Source: a virus
Lineage: Duplodnaviria > Caudoviricetes
Virus record (IMG/VR): IMGVR_UViG_3300034283_002112
Location: 1 to 57,072 of that record
Length of the DNA: 57,072 nucleotides
Direction: 5' to 3' (one strand)
Of the stretch, positions 1-8,947 are shown piece by piece (position 1 is the first letter of the stretch; every line of letters starts with the position of its first letter). Under the pieces are notes generated by a model. It ran no database searches. It was given only the letters and a program-made list of their open reading frames with translations, and was not told the DNA's origin. Made by a program: the position numbers and the translations under genes.

Positions 1-931
1 CCACTGATTCAAACTTGACTTCGCCGGGAGCCATATCTTCGTCTACTCCTGCTGACTTGTTGGGTATCAAGGCCATCTCTCTTAGATTGTACTGCTGAAT
101 AAAAGTTTCTTTGATGAAATTGGCTTCTTCATATGAAATTTCAATGTCTAAGTTAACTCTAACGTGCATCTTGGGTCGAAGAAGTGACGCAGCGTTGTCG
201 ATAAGGTTGGCAAGTCCGTAAACTCTATATGTAGGCTGATCAGGCCAGGCATGGTATTTGGGTTCTTGTCCCCACTCCAGTATTGTGAGTCCACGTTCGT
301 CGTCACCAGCGTCTGCATAATTGTGAGGAAACGCATTGCCAATGTAGGTAATGTTCTTTTTGGTCTGTCGTTTGTGGAAGTGCCCAGTGAACACATGACC
401 AAATCCCCCAAGCTGATCTCGTTGCAGTTCCCCATGATCCGGCATCTCCACCATTGCATTCATCAAATAACCAGGCAGTTCAAAGTGCCCAAACAAGTAC
501 TGACCACTCATTTTGGCCAGGCGTTTATGATCGTCGCCACATAGCCAAGGGGCAATAGTGACATTGCCATCGCTGAACCAATCATTGCAAATTTCCACAT
601 TAGGGAGATGCTTGGCCCACTCCACGCTTTGAATGTCACGTTTGTCGCGATAATATAAATCGTGGTTGCCGGGGATAAAGTAAACATGCTCAAAATTAGC
701 ATTCATATGTTCCAAGGCTCGTAGGCTGTAGTTTAGTGTAACGATGTTTAGGCTAGCTCTGTTGTTGTGCCAGTCGCCCAAGAACAAGCAGGTCTCGCAA
801 CCTTCATCTCGTGCTTTTTGGGTAGCCCATTTTACAAAAGTCAAACAGTCTTCGTTGTGAACGACACTGTTTGACTTGAGACCAAAATGAATGTCAGTAA
901 AGATCGCGGCTTTTTTAAATAGATTTGTCAT
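1..931 (-). CDS. gp47: T4 gp47-like / SbcD-Mre11 family recombination nuclease (runs off the window edge)
   Basis: Absent from the ORF track because it has no stop in the window. Manual translation from ATG 931 gives MTNLFKKAAIFTDIHFGLKSNS...LGDWHNNR...IPGNHDLYY...GHFELPG...FTGHFHKRQ, which are the calcineurin-like phosphoesterase motifs DxH, GDxx, GNHD and GHxH. It lies downstream of a gp55-like gene, as in T4-like phages. Confidence 0.9.
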   Translation of the reverse strand, partial: MTNLFKKAAIFTDIHFGLKSNSVVHNEDCLTFVKWATQKARDEGCETCLFLGDWHNNRASLNIVTLNYSLRALEHMNANFEHVYFIPGNHDLYYRDKRDIQSVEWAKHLPNVEICNDWFSDGNVTIAPWLCGDDHKRLAKMSGQYLFGHFELPGYLMNAMVEMPDHGELQRDQLGGFGHVFTGHFHKRQTKKNITYIGNAFPHNYADAGDDERGLTILEWGQEPKYHAWPDQPTYRVYGLANLIDNAASLLRPKMHVRVNLDIEISYEEANFIKETFIQQYNLREMALIPNKSAGVDEDMAPGEVKFESV

Positions 932-937
932 TATCTT

Positions 938-967
938 ATTATAATATTCACACAAGGTGTTGGTCAA
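938..967 (-). promoter_or_regulatory. sigma70-like promoter of the gp47-like gene
   Basis: Minus strand reads TTGACC(967-962), 18 nt, TATAAT(943-938), 6 nt, ATG(931). Confidence 0.6.
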
Positions 968-1180
968 CTAAATCGACAACGTTGGGCCAAAGGTCTTGAA
1001 ATTGAGTAGAGTTCCATTGGTTACACCACTCTACTCTTTCGTAGAACTTTTGTTTGGTACAAGTCTCCGACGATGGTAATTGAGATTACCAATAACAACT
1101 CCAGCTACACAGCATGTCTTAACATCGCCGTTTTCTCTGACTGTGATGCCATTGAAAGGAGCTGTGCAATAAACTGTCAT
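948..1180 (-). pseudogene. Internally deleted twitch/SPASM radical-SAM gene remnant
   Basis: ATG 1180 overlaps the gp55 stop as ATGA and encodes MTVYCTAPFNGITVRENGDVKTCCVAGVVIGNLN, a twitch/SPASM N-terminus, which stops at TAG 1031. Another frame (about 1079-948) encodes ...KQKFYERVEWCNQWNSTQFQDLWPNVVDLV*, which resembles the C-termini of the intact rSAM proteins in this window. Confidence 0.65.
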
Positions 1181-2085
1181 TCGTCGAGGCCCTCGTCGAG
1201 GCTAGATACAACCGGTCCGGACATTTCTGCTGCACTCTTGCCGCCGGCATTTTGACGAGTCCACGACGGATTTAGGCCGTTGATTTCTAAGATGTCATCT
1301 CGTATGTTTTGCATTTTCTTCTCAATGTTGAGAATACGAGTAAAACTGTTGGTGATTGCAGCGGTATAGTAAGCGAATGGGTTTTGGCTTTTTGATTCAT
1401 CAAACTGTAACCCAATTTGTGATAGTTGTAATAGAGCTTGTCCACGCATCTCCTCATTGTAAGTGTAACCGCGCCAGTTAGAACGTGTAGCATACCGTTC
1501 GCACAGCTTCATAAACATCATTGCAAGCTTGCGAGTCATGTTGCCGTGTTCTCTTGAAAACTCGCCAGTTTCTAAATCGCCCCGCCAATGACTACGTCCA
1601 ACCAGGTACGGGTTTTTATCCTCATCTATGCGATAGTGTTCAAACGGCGGAAAGTTCAATCTCACGTAGTTCATGTCCAGCACCGGAACCTCTACTAGGT
1701 CATCTAAGGGATCTGTTTCAACATCGTCTAGTTCAAAGATTTCATCCAGTTTCTTTTTCTTTTGCTCAGCTTTGGTAAGTTTTTTGGGTGCTTTGGGAAT
1801 GTGATCCCAACAAGTAATACGAAACACTAGGTCTGTGTTGGGTATTTTCTTTTGATCAACAACTTCACCTGTTTCGCGTTTGATACGGTCAGCACGGTTC
1901 TTACGTGCTTCGACCACAGTGCGTTGATTGATTTTGTCCACACTGGGCAGTATCAAGTCAAATTGATGATCGGTGACTCTGTCCCGATACCAACAATAGG
2001 TATTTTTGCTGTGATGAATTTCTTTGAGGATATCTCTGTTGTTGAGATAATTTACTTTGGCAGGGGGTTTAGGGATTAAGGACAT
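1177..2085 (-). CDS. gp55: T4 gp55-like sigma factor for late transcription
   Basis: N-terminal VNYLNNRDILKEI and C-terminal RYATRSNWRGYTYNEEM...FDESKSQNPFAYYTAAITNSFTRILNIEKK match the gp55 pattern. It sits next to gp47, and TAAATA late promoters occur in the window. Confidence 0.85.
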   Translation of the reverse strand: MSLIPKPPAKVNYLNNRDILKEIHHSKNTYCWYRDRVTDHQFDLILPSVDKINQRTVVEARKNRADRIKRETGEVVDQKKIPNTDLVFRITCWDHIPKAPKKLTKAEQKKKKLDEIFELDDVETDPLDDLVEVPVLDMNYVRLNFPPFEHYRIDEDKNPYLVGRSHWRGDLETGEFSREHGNMTRKLAMMFMKLCERYATRSNWRGYTYNEEMRGQALLQLSQIGLQFDESKSQNPFAYYTAAITNSFTRILNIEKKMQNIRDDILEINGLNPSWTRQNAGGKSAAEMSGPVVSSLDEGLDE

Positions 2086-2094
2086 ATAGTACTT

Positions 2095-2122
2095 ATTGTA
2101 GCATAAACGCCACAGTTGTCAA
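2095..2122 (-). promoter_or_regulatory. sigma70-like promoter with extended -10 for the gp55-like gene
   Basis: Minus strand reads TTGACA(2122-2117), 16 nt ending TGC, TACAAT(2100-2095), 9 nt, ATG(2085). Confidence 0.65.
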
Positions 2123-2133
2123 CCAGAATTTGC

Positions 2134-2139
2134 TAAATA
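2134..2139 (+). promoter_or_regulatory. T4-type late promoter core (TAAATA)
   Basis: TAAATA lies upstream of an AGGAG RBS and ATG 2161. The same hexamer precedes several structural genes. Confidence 0.55.
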
Positions 2140-2160
2140 TGGTAAACAACAGGAGCCGCC

Positions 2161-3003
2161 ATGGATTATTCAGCTTACATTGCACAACAACAATATTATC
2201 AATACCAAGCACAACAGCAGGCGTATTATCAATACCAGCAACAGATTGCACAACAACAGGCTTATCAACAGTATCAGGCTCAACAACAACAGATTGCACA
2301 ACAACAGGCATACCAACAGTATCTGGCCCAACAACAACAACAAGCACAACAGGCAGCACAACAGGCAGCACAAGTTGCTGCACAACAGGCCGCCATTCAG
2401 GCTCAACTGGCCGCACAACAGGCCGCCGCACAACAAGCGGCTGCTGATGCTGCACAACAAGCTGCACTTCAGGCCCAACTGGCTGCACAATCTCAGGCTT
2501 CGCAACAGGCAGCATTTGAAGAGGCAGCTCGTCAAGCTGCACTTCAGGCCCAACTGGCTGCACAACAGGCCGCTGCTGCACAGGCTGCACAGCAGGCTGC
2601 AGAAATTCAACAACAGTTATATCTGCAACAACTGGCACAAGATGTACAGACAGTACAAATAATAACGCAAGCTGAGGCTCAAGCCCAGGCTCAAACAACT
2701 GCAACAGTGGCCGCGGCAGGCAGAACAAGAACCATAATTGACGCTGAAACGGCAGCAGCCGCTGCGGCAGCACCACCAGAATATTATTCTAGTCCTCAGT
2801 ACACAGCAACTCGTCCAGTCTCAGTAAGAATTGCTCCGACATCCACTCAATCAGATCCTACTGTGAGCACAACAGCCGCTGTGCCTACAGCAGTTACACC
2901 CAAAGTGAACTACACAGTGAGCCCGTCAGTAGATCTTCAACTGGCTGTGCAGCAGCTTGACAATCAGCCATTTGTTGGCATACCTGTACAACCTCCTGTG
3001 TAA
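2161..3003 (+). CDS. Gln/Ala/Tyr-rich low-complexity protein of unknown function
   Basis: 280-aa ORF with an AGGAG RBS and a TAAATA promoter. It has an N-terminal YQQQ/AQQQ repeat region, a central AAQQ coiled-coil-like region, and a Thr/Pro/Ser-rich C-terminus. Confidence 0.75.
   Translation: MDYSAYIAQQQYYQYQAQQQAYYQYQQQIAQQQAYQQYQAQQQQIAQQQAYQQYLAQQQQQAQQAAQQAAQVAAQQAAIQAQLAAQQAAAQQAAADAAQQAALQAQLAAQSQASQQAAFEEAARQAALQAQLAAQQAAAAQAAQQAAEIQQQLYLQQLAQDVQTVQIITQAEAQAQAQTTATVAAAGRTRTIIDAETAAAAAAAPPEYYSSPQYTATRPVSVRIAPTSTQSDPTVSTTAAVPTAVTPKVNYTVSPSVDLQLAVQQLDNQPFVGIPVQPPV
2239..2565 (+). repeat. Intragenic direct repeats in the Gln-rich gene
   Basis: CAACAGATTGCACAACAACAGGC occurs at 2239-2261 and 2287-2309. 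The 33-nt CAAGCTGCACTTCAGGCCCAACTGGCTGCACAA occurs at 2458-2490 and 2533-2565. Confidence 0.85.
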
Positions 3004-3011
3004 CTGTTGTA

Positions 3012-3040
3012 AACTGCCCAGTTTTTGTTACCGGTAAATA
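3012..3040 (+). promoter_or_regulatory. Late promoter (TAAATA) with an upstream T-tract motif
   Basis: aactgcccagtttttgttaccggTAAATA precedes ATG 3065. A similar element lies at 12249-12277. Confidence 0.55.
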
Positions 3041-3064
3041 AGCCATAAGAAGGCAAGCAAACCA

Positions 3065-5641
3065 ATGGCATACATCACCGTAGATGCTGGAGAATTCACA
3101 TATCAGGTCTGGGTAGACGACCCTGTGCCTGCACGATCAGATCCTGAATTACCGCAACCGTCGCCCCCTCAACAAGTACAGTCTAATTCACCCCCGCCGT
3201 CAGTTCCTGTGGTTCCAGGCACACTGAATGCCAGTGGCAACCCTCAATTTGTACTAGGCACACCAGAATATGTACAAGCTGAACAACTTGCAAGACAACA
3301 AAGTCGTGAAGACCTGCGACGAGCTGCTAGAGATTATGGAGTTGATTTTATTATTGGGGACGGCACACTTGGACCAGGCAGCGCAACAATTACAGCGGTA
3401 GTAGGTGATCGAGTATTCCTTGACCTACCAAACGGCCAATCAGTGGATATCACTAGTTACTTTGAAGGCAATCCAAAACCGCCTGTGGCTATAGACATCA
3501 GTGTGCCCACATACGGCACTAGTACAGTAACTACACCATTTAGAAACGTAACAGTAACAGCTCTGCCTGAAGTAGCCAGAACTGTGAGCACTTCTGAAGG
3601 CAACATAGTAGTTGATGCCAATTCTGAAACAGCTAGACTTATTCAGTGGAAAGGTTCTCAGCCGGGTATTGATGGACGCCCACTTAGAGAAACATGGGCT
3701 CGAGCAGGTATATCCGATCCTTACAGCAATCCTGCGATTGTTGGTCAGGCGGTTGAACAAATTGAACGTGCAGATGCACGAAAAGCACTGTTTAATCAGA
3801 GTGGAGTGACACCGCCGGGCAGCACCATTGCACCTTGGAACGATCCAAACTGGCCAGCATATCAAGGCAGCAACAGAGAAGCTTACACACTAGCTTCGGC
3901 AGCACTAACTGATACCAATGTTAAAAATCAACTCAAAGCCGAAAACGGCTGGGACGAGGCCACTTTCCAAAGTTGGGCATTGAGAGCCACCAACCCTGAA
4001 GAAGCAGGAAGACAAGCTGCTGCTTTTGATGCAGCCAATGGCATTGTAGCAGGACCAAGTTCAGGAACAACAACAGGCCTGTCAGCCAACGGTGCCACAG
4101 CAGTGACCACAACTGGTGCTGTCAACGCACAAGGTTTCTCTGTTTCCAGTGCCTCAAGTGTAGCAACGAACCAGTCGCCACCAAGCATAGATACATTTGT
4201 TGCCAACTATTGGAAAGCTGGCCAAGCAGGTGATTCTGGACCGTTTGCTGGCGGCACACTTCAACGACTAAACGCTACTAATGCAGTGTTTATAAAGGGT
4301 AAAGATTACTACTACATTGACAATAGATCTACAGTAGATGAGCTTGCCAACATACCAGGCTTTATCGCAGCAATTGAAGCCAACATTGGAGCTGTTCCGC
4401 AAACTGGTGACACAGTTCTCACCAATGCTGCTGGGCAAGCAACTGGTGTACGCGACAACGCAACTGGAGTAGTTACCGGTGTTGTAGCAGCAGCTGGTGC
4501 AGTTGCAGTCAATGCGGCTGGTGCTGTTGACGCAGCAACCGGAGGATTGGTCACAACAGCAACAGGAGCTGTTAACACAGCAACAAATATAGTTAATACA
4601 GCAATCCCTGTGGCCACAGCAGCACTGGCAGGGTTTGCTAGTGCCGCAACCGCCGCTGATGCTGCACAGTCGCTGATCAGCGGAGCCGTTAAATCAGCAG
4701 TGGCATTGCCATCGTCGCTGAGTCCATTTGTGACTGCGGCTACTGATGCTTTTAGTGCCGCTGCCAGCACAGGATTGACCACAGTTGAAAACTTGTTCAG
4801 TGGTCAAGCAGCTACCTTGTTGTTGGCCAAAAATCAAGCTACTCTGCAGGCCAGAAACAACGAAGCGGCCACAGCCGACTGGCGAGTGCGATTGCAATTA
4901 GGAACACAAGCTGACTATCTGTACAAGGACGCTGAACCTGGAATTCTGGCACCATTGTACGACACTGACGGTGTGATATTTCCCTACATGCCAACAATTG
5001 AAACTTCCTATGCTGCCAACTATGACAAATTTGATCTCACGCATTCCAACTATCGCGGCTATTTTTACAAAGGCAGCAATGTCAATGACATCAATCTTCG
5101 TGCCACATTTACAGCACAAGACACACAGGAAGCTAACTACTTGTTGGCAGTGATACACTTTTTTAGATCAGTAACCAAGATGTTTTATGGCCAGGATGCG
5201 TATCGTGGCGCACCGCCGCCCTTGGTGTTTTTGAATGGACTGGGTAATTATCAGTTCAATGAACATCCTTGTTTTGTGTCTAATTTTAGTTACAGTTTGC
5301 CCAATGATGTTGATTACATTCGAGCTCAAGCTCCCAACAACTACGGCAATCTGTTCAGCAAACGCGAACGCACTGGCAGTACCAGCGGAGGCCTGCTGGG
5401 CAGCGTGGCCACTAGATTGCTAGGTGCAGGATTAAACACAGTGAACCCAACCATGCCCAACGTACCAACACCGGGCATGATACAAAGCAATGTCACCAAT
5501 ATCAATGACGCCACTTATGTGCCTACCAAAATGGAAATCAACATTACTCTACTGCCAACAAATACTCGAGCACAAGTCAGTCAACAGTTTAGCCTCAAAG
5601 CGTTTGCCAATGGTAACTTACTCAAAGGAGGATTCTGGTAA
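3065..5641 (+). CDS. Putative baseplate/tail-tube initiator-like protein with a long low-complexity N-terminal extension
   Basis: The C-terminal ~250 aa (DWRVRL...GVIFPYMPTIETSY...FTAQDTQEANYLLAVIHFFRSVTKMFYG...APPPLVFLNGLG...PTKMEINITL) resembles tail-tube-fold baseplate proteins. It lies directly before the gp53-like gene. The function is inferred. Confidence 0.55.
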   Translation: MAYITVDAGEFTYQVWVDDPVPARSDPELPQPSPPQQVQSNSPPPSVPVVPGTLNASGNPQFVLGTPEYVQAEQLARQQSREDLRRAARDYGVDFIIGDGTLGPGSATITAVVGDRVFLDLPNGQSVDITSYFEGNPKPPVAIDISVPTYGTSTVTTPFRNVTVTALPEVARTVSTSEGNIVVDANSETARLIQWKGSQPGIDGRPLRETWARAGISDPYSNPAIVGQAVEQIERADARKALFNQSGVTPPGSTIAPWNDPNWPAYQGSNREAYTLASAALTDTNVKNQLKAENGWDEATFQSWALRATNPEEAGRQAAAFDAANGIVAGPSSGTTTGLSANGATAVTTTGAVNAQGFSVSSASSVATNQSPPSIDTFVANYWKAGQAGDSGPFAGGTLQRLNATNAVFIKGKDYYYIDNRSTVDELANIPGFIAAIEANIGAVPQTGDTVLTNAAGQATGVRDNATGVVTGVVAAAGAVAVNAAGAVDAATGGLVTTATGAVNTATNIVNTAIPVATAALAGFASAATAADAAQSLISGAVKSAVALPSSLSPFVTAATDAFSAAASTGLTTVENLFSGQAATLLLAKNQATLQARNNEAATADWRVRLQLGTQADYLYKDAEPGILAPLYDTDGVIFPYMPTIETSYAANYDKFDLTHSNYRGYFYKGSNVNDINLRATFTAQDTQEANYLLAVIHFFRSVTKMFYGQDAYRGAPPPLVFLNGLGNYQFNEHPCFVSNFSYSLPNDVDYIRAQAPNNYGNLFSKRERTGSTSGGLLGSVATRLLGAGLNTVNPTMPNVPTPGMIQSNVTNINDATYVPTKMEINITLLPTNTRAQVSQQFSLKAFANGNLLKGGFW

Positions 5642-5943
5642 TGGCTGCTACGTATACCACCGCTAGTCCTTATTATTCTACTGGGTTTACACAGTTTTAT
5701 CTTGATGTCATGGTCGATCGACCTATCCCCAAGGAAACTGACGATCTAGAATTTGAAATAAATCAAACCTATCAATACAGACCAGATCTGTTGGCTTACG
5801 ATCTGTACGGTGACGGTTCGCTGTGGTGGGTGTTTTATCAACGCAATCCTAACTCTTTGACCGCACCAGTGATAGACTTTGTCATTGGCAAAAAAATATT
5901 TTTACCTAAAATTTCTGTGTTGCAACAAAGCCTTGGAATATAA
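5641..5943 (+). CDS. Baseplate wedge protein, T4 gp53-like (LysM-like)
   Basis: YQYRPDLLAYDLYGDGSLWWVFYQRNP motif typical of gp53/LysM baseplate proteins; 100 aa; located in the baseplate cluster. Confidence 0.7.
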   Translation: MAATYTTASPYYSTGFTQFYLDVMVDRPIPKETDDLEFEINQTYQYRPDLLAYDLYGDGSLWWVFYQRNPNSLTAPVIDFVIGKKIFLPKISVLQQSLGI

Positions 5944-5946
5944 TCA

Positions 5947-8643
5947 ATGACCAATCCAGCAGCAGTTGCATCACAAATTAACTATTTAGAAAGTTTGATT
6001 GCTGGTTACGCATCAACTTTACGAGATCCTACATCTAGCCCGCAACAAAAATCTCAAGCACAGCGAGAAATTCCTCAGCTTGAATTGACTATAGCGTCTC
6101 TACGAACTCAGTTGACTCAACTGTCGTTGACTGTGGCTAGCGACGCCGGAGTTGTGCCACCACCGCCAAGAACTGCTGGACAAACAGTCAACGACGATGC
6201 AGTACCCAACCCAATTAAACCTCTGCCACTGGAAGCAGATCCAACCACTGGTAGGATACGTCCTATTAAAACAGTAACGGAACCCAGCAACGCTGATGTG
6301 CCGTCCACAGCTGAAACTGGTGATGTTGATCGCAATATTGATGGCCCTGTAAAAGCATTTTTTACCACACAGGCTATATTTTCTCAACCTGGAGTCCTTG
6401 CTGGCCGGCCACTCTTTGACCCATCTACTATCAACTATCCCAACACTGATGTTAGCTTTGGTATCAGGCAGCCTGGCAGCAACAGTGATTCAGGATTGCT
6501 CACAGGAGGCAGTGCTCCAATACGGCCAGGCATAGGGTCCGACGACGATTTTCCAACTCCTAGCCCACAAAAAACAGCCACAGAAGTCAACAACACCTAC
6601 AACAATGTGCTGCCTATTCAACCGCAGCCCAATGGCCTGGATCAATTTGGCAGTTATACATATTCTGTTAGTTTGTATTTGATGACCCCGCAACAATACT
6701 CAATTCTGGTACAGAGCAAAACCAAAACAGTAGTTGGCTATAATTTATTGATACAGAGCGCAGGTGCGCCCACAGAAGGTCGTAATCCTTATTTTAGCGA
6801 TGATTTTTATATTGAGAGTCTGGTAATAGAGAGCAACTTTCCCGGCGGCGGCACACGCATGGCACATTCGGTGTCCAGCATGAAAATAACTATCACAGAA
6901 CCTGCTGGTATTACTCTATTAGATAGACTGTATCAAGCAGTGCAGGAGTTTGTTCCCAAAGATGGTGCTGGTGCCATCAACTATACCTCAGTGCAATACC
7001 TGTGTGTGATACGTTGGTATGGCTGGGATCTTGACGGCAAATTGATAAAAAATCCTGGTGGTGGTACAACATTAACAGATTCCAATGCAGCCTTTGAAAA
7101 ATTTATTCCATTTAACATTCGAAAAATAAACTGGGGAGTCAGCAACAAGTTGGTGAGCTATGAATTAGATTGTGCACCTATTGGACAAACGCTGGGTGCA
7201 TCTACTGCTCGAGCAACTATCCCTTACGACATTGAACTCAGTGAGAGCACAGTCAAAGGCCTGCTGAGCGGCGACGCTGTAACGTCCACAACTTTTACAC
7301 CAACAAATAATTCCACCACAACGTCTACACCAGCGCCCGACAAGGCCAATGCTGCGCCCAGCACCAAAACAGTGATACGTCAAGGTCTCATGGGCGCCAT
7401 GAATGATTTTCAACAAAAATTAGTGTCAGACAATATCTATGAAGTGGCTGATCAGTATGAAATTGAATTTGTCAACGGAGCAGAAATTATTGCCAATGCC
7501 AGCGTGATCAAACCTGGTAACATAATAAAAAATCAAAGTGCCACCCCCATGGCTCCGCCAGTGACCAAAAGTCCTAGTGGCGCAGATCCCAAAAAAACCA
7601 GTGTGGATAACACCGTAAGGAATTTTGCCATCACCGCTGGACAGCAACTCATGCAGGTCATAGATCTAGTAATTCGCAACAGTACTTTTATCACAGACCA
7701 GGCCAGAGTAAACGAACAAGAAGAAACTGAAATTTTTGAAGATGAACTAGGCAACGTAGTAGAGATACCAAAAAACACCGCAACCAAGGCCACAATTTTA
7801 TGGCATAATGTAACCATGGATGCGGTGCCTATCAAATACGACAAAAAACGCAACGACTATGCTTACAAAATAACTTATGTTGTGAGTACCTATGTGGCGC
7901 CAAACTTTGACAGCAAGTACTTTCCAATACCAAATTTCAACGGCGTTCACAAAAGTTACAAGTACTGGTGGACAGGTGAAAACATTGGAATTTTAGATTA
8001 TCAAGTTTCCTTCAATGCTTTGTACAACATGACTATCTCTGGCAGTGAGCCAGGAAATTCAGCCACAGAACGCATACGTCAACAGCGTAGTTCCAGCATG
8101 AGAGACATTCCTAAATACACTTACCAAGCTCGCAGCACTGAAAGCTCATCTGGTGCCAAAGGCTCTGGCAATGAAGTATCGGCCAACGCAGCTGAATATT
8201 TGTACAGTCCCAATGACTTGAGTCAGGTAAAACTACGCATTGTTGGAGATCCGGCCTGGATCATGCAAGGCAGCCTGGCTGAAGGTATAAATGCAAAAAA
8301 TTTCAATCGTTCAGGATTTTTGCCTGACGGTACTATTAACTTTGACAGTCAACAGGTGTTGTTTGAAATAGCCTGGCAGCGTCCTCAAGACTACAATCTT
8401 GACACAGGCCTAGCAGATCCCTACGCATTGGTAAGTGGAGCGCGGGAGCCTATTCAAAGTAACATCTATCATGCAAGAAAATGTCTCAGCGAATTTCGCC
8501 AAGGCAAATTTGAACAAACTATTGAAGGTGCTTTATATTCCTGGCCAATACCTGCAGGACAGAACACACCGGCTACAACAGTGCGCAGTAATGCTGCGGT
8601 AAATCAAGCCAATAGTGGGCAGCCTGCAGGTGGCGGAGTGTGA
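5947..8643 (+). CDS. Putative baseplate hub protein (gp27/GpD-like)
   Basis: 898-aa ORF between the gp53-like and spike genes. It has a C-terminal LRIVGDPAWI...YHARKCLSEFRQGKFEQTIEG hub-type beta-barrel motif and a Pro-rich N-terminal extension. Confidence 0.55.
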   Translation: MTNPAAVASQINYLESLIAGYASTLRDPTSSPQQKSQAQREIPQLELTIASLRTQLTQLSLTVASDAGVVPPPPRTAGQTVNDDAVPNPIKPLPLEADPTTGRIRPIKTVTEPSNADVPSTAETGDVDRNIDGPVKAFFTTQAIFSQPGVLAGRPLFDPSTINYPNTDVSFGIRQPGSNSDSGLLTGGSAPIRPGIGSDDDFPTPSPQKTATEVNNTYNNVLPIQPQPNGLDQFGSYTYSVSLYLMTPQQYSILVQSKTKTVVGYNLLIQSAGAPTEGRNPYFSDDFYIESLVIESNFPGGGTRMAHSVSSMKITITEPAGITLLDRLYQAVQEFVPKDGAGAINYTSVQYLCVIRWYGWDLDGKLIKNPGGGTTLTDSNAAFEKFIPFNIRKINWGVSNKLVSYELDCAPIGQTLGASTARATIPYDIELSESTVKGLLSGDAVTSTTFTPTNNSTTTSTPAPDKANAAPSTKTVIRQGLMGAMNDFQQKLVSDNIYEVADQYEIEFVNGAEIIANASVIKPGNIIKNQSATPMAPPVTKSPSGADPKKTSVDNTVRNFAITAGQQLMQVIDLVIRNSTFITDQARVNEQEETEIFEDELGNVVEIPKNTATKATILWHNVTMDAVPIKYDKKRNDYAYKITYVVSTYVAPNFDSKYFPIPNFNGVHKSYKYWWTGENIGILDYQVSFNALYNMTISGSEPGNSATERIRQQRSSSMRDIPKYTYQARSTESSSGAKGSGNEVSANAAEYLYSPNDLSQVKLRIVGDPAWIMQGSLAEGINAKNFNRSGFLPDGTINFDSQQVLFEIAWQRPQDYNLDTGLADPYALVSGAREPIQSNIYHARKCLSEFRQGKFEQTIEGALYSWPIPAGQNTPATTVRSNAAVNQANSGQPAGGGV

Positions 8644-8664
8644 TTATGAAAAGGAAATGTCGAA

Positions 8665-8937
8665 ATGCGTTCTAATCCTGTTGGCTCTCCATCACAACTC
8701 AAAATACCAGGATCAGGTCCAATGATTGATCCTCAATCGCCAATCTTGGTTCCACGACAATCTGCTCCTGGGCTGCTAGCAACACGTGATAACAATGCTC
8801 CAGCACGCCAAAAAAATAATCCCCCAACCAGCAATGGAGAATTGGTCGGTGTTAATGTGTCCCTGCCTCCTCCATTGTTGATAAATTCATCAACGCTGAC
8901 AACTGAACCATTGCAGTTAATCAGCAGTTCACCTTAA
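8665..8937 (+). CDS. Pro/Ser-rich hypothetical protein, possibly the severed C-terminal tail of the hub gene
   Basis: In frame with 5947-8643 and separated from it by TGA(8641) TTA TGA(8647). Low complexity. Confidence 0.4.
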   Translation: MRSNPVGSPSQLKIPGSGPMIDPQSPILVPRQSAPGLLATRDNNAPARQKNNPPTSNGELVGVNVSLPPPLLINSSTLTTEPLQLISSSP

Positions 8938-8947
8938 AGGATAAAGC

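Noticed and set aside
148-702. Short track ORFs 148-459, 251-544 and 508-702
   Set aside because: They are shadows of the real minus-strand gp47-like gene, which the track missed because it has no stop in the window.
2093-2776. Several overlapping alternative-frame and antisense ORFs (2093-2776 -, 2130-2447 +, 2170-2613 -, 2180-2662 +)
   Set aside because: They are by-products of the CAA/CAG/GCN low-complexity sequence of the Gln-rich gene. Only 2161-3003 has an RBS and a promoter.
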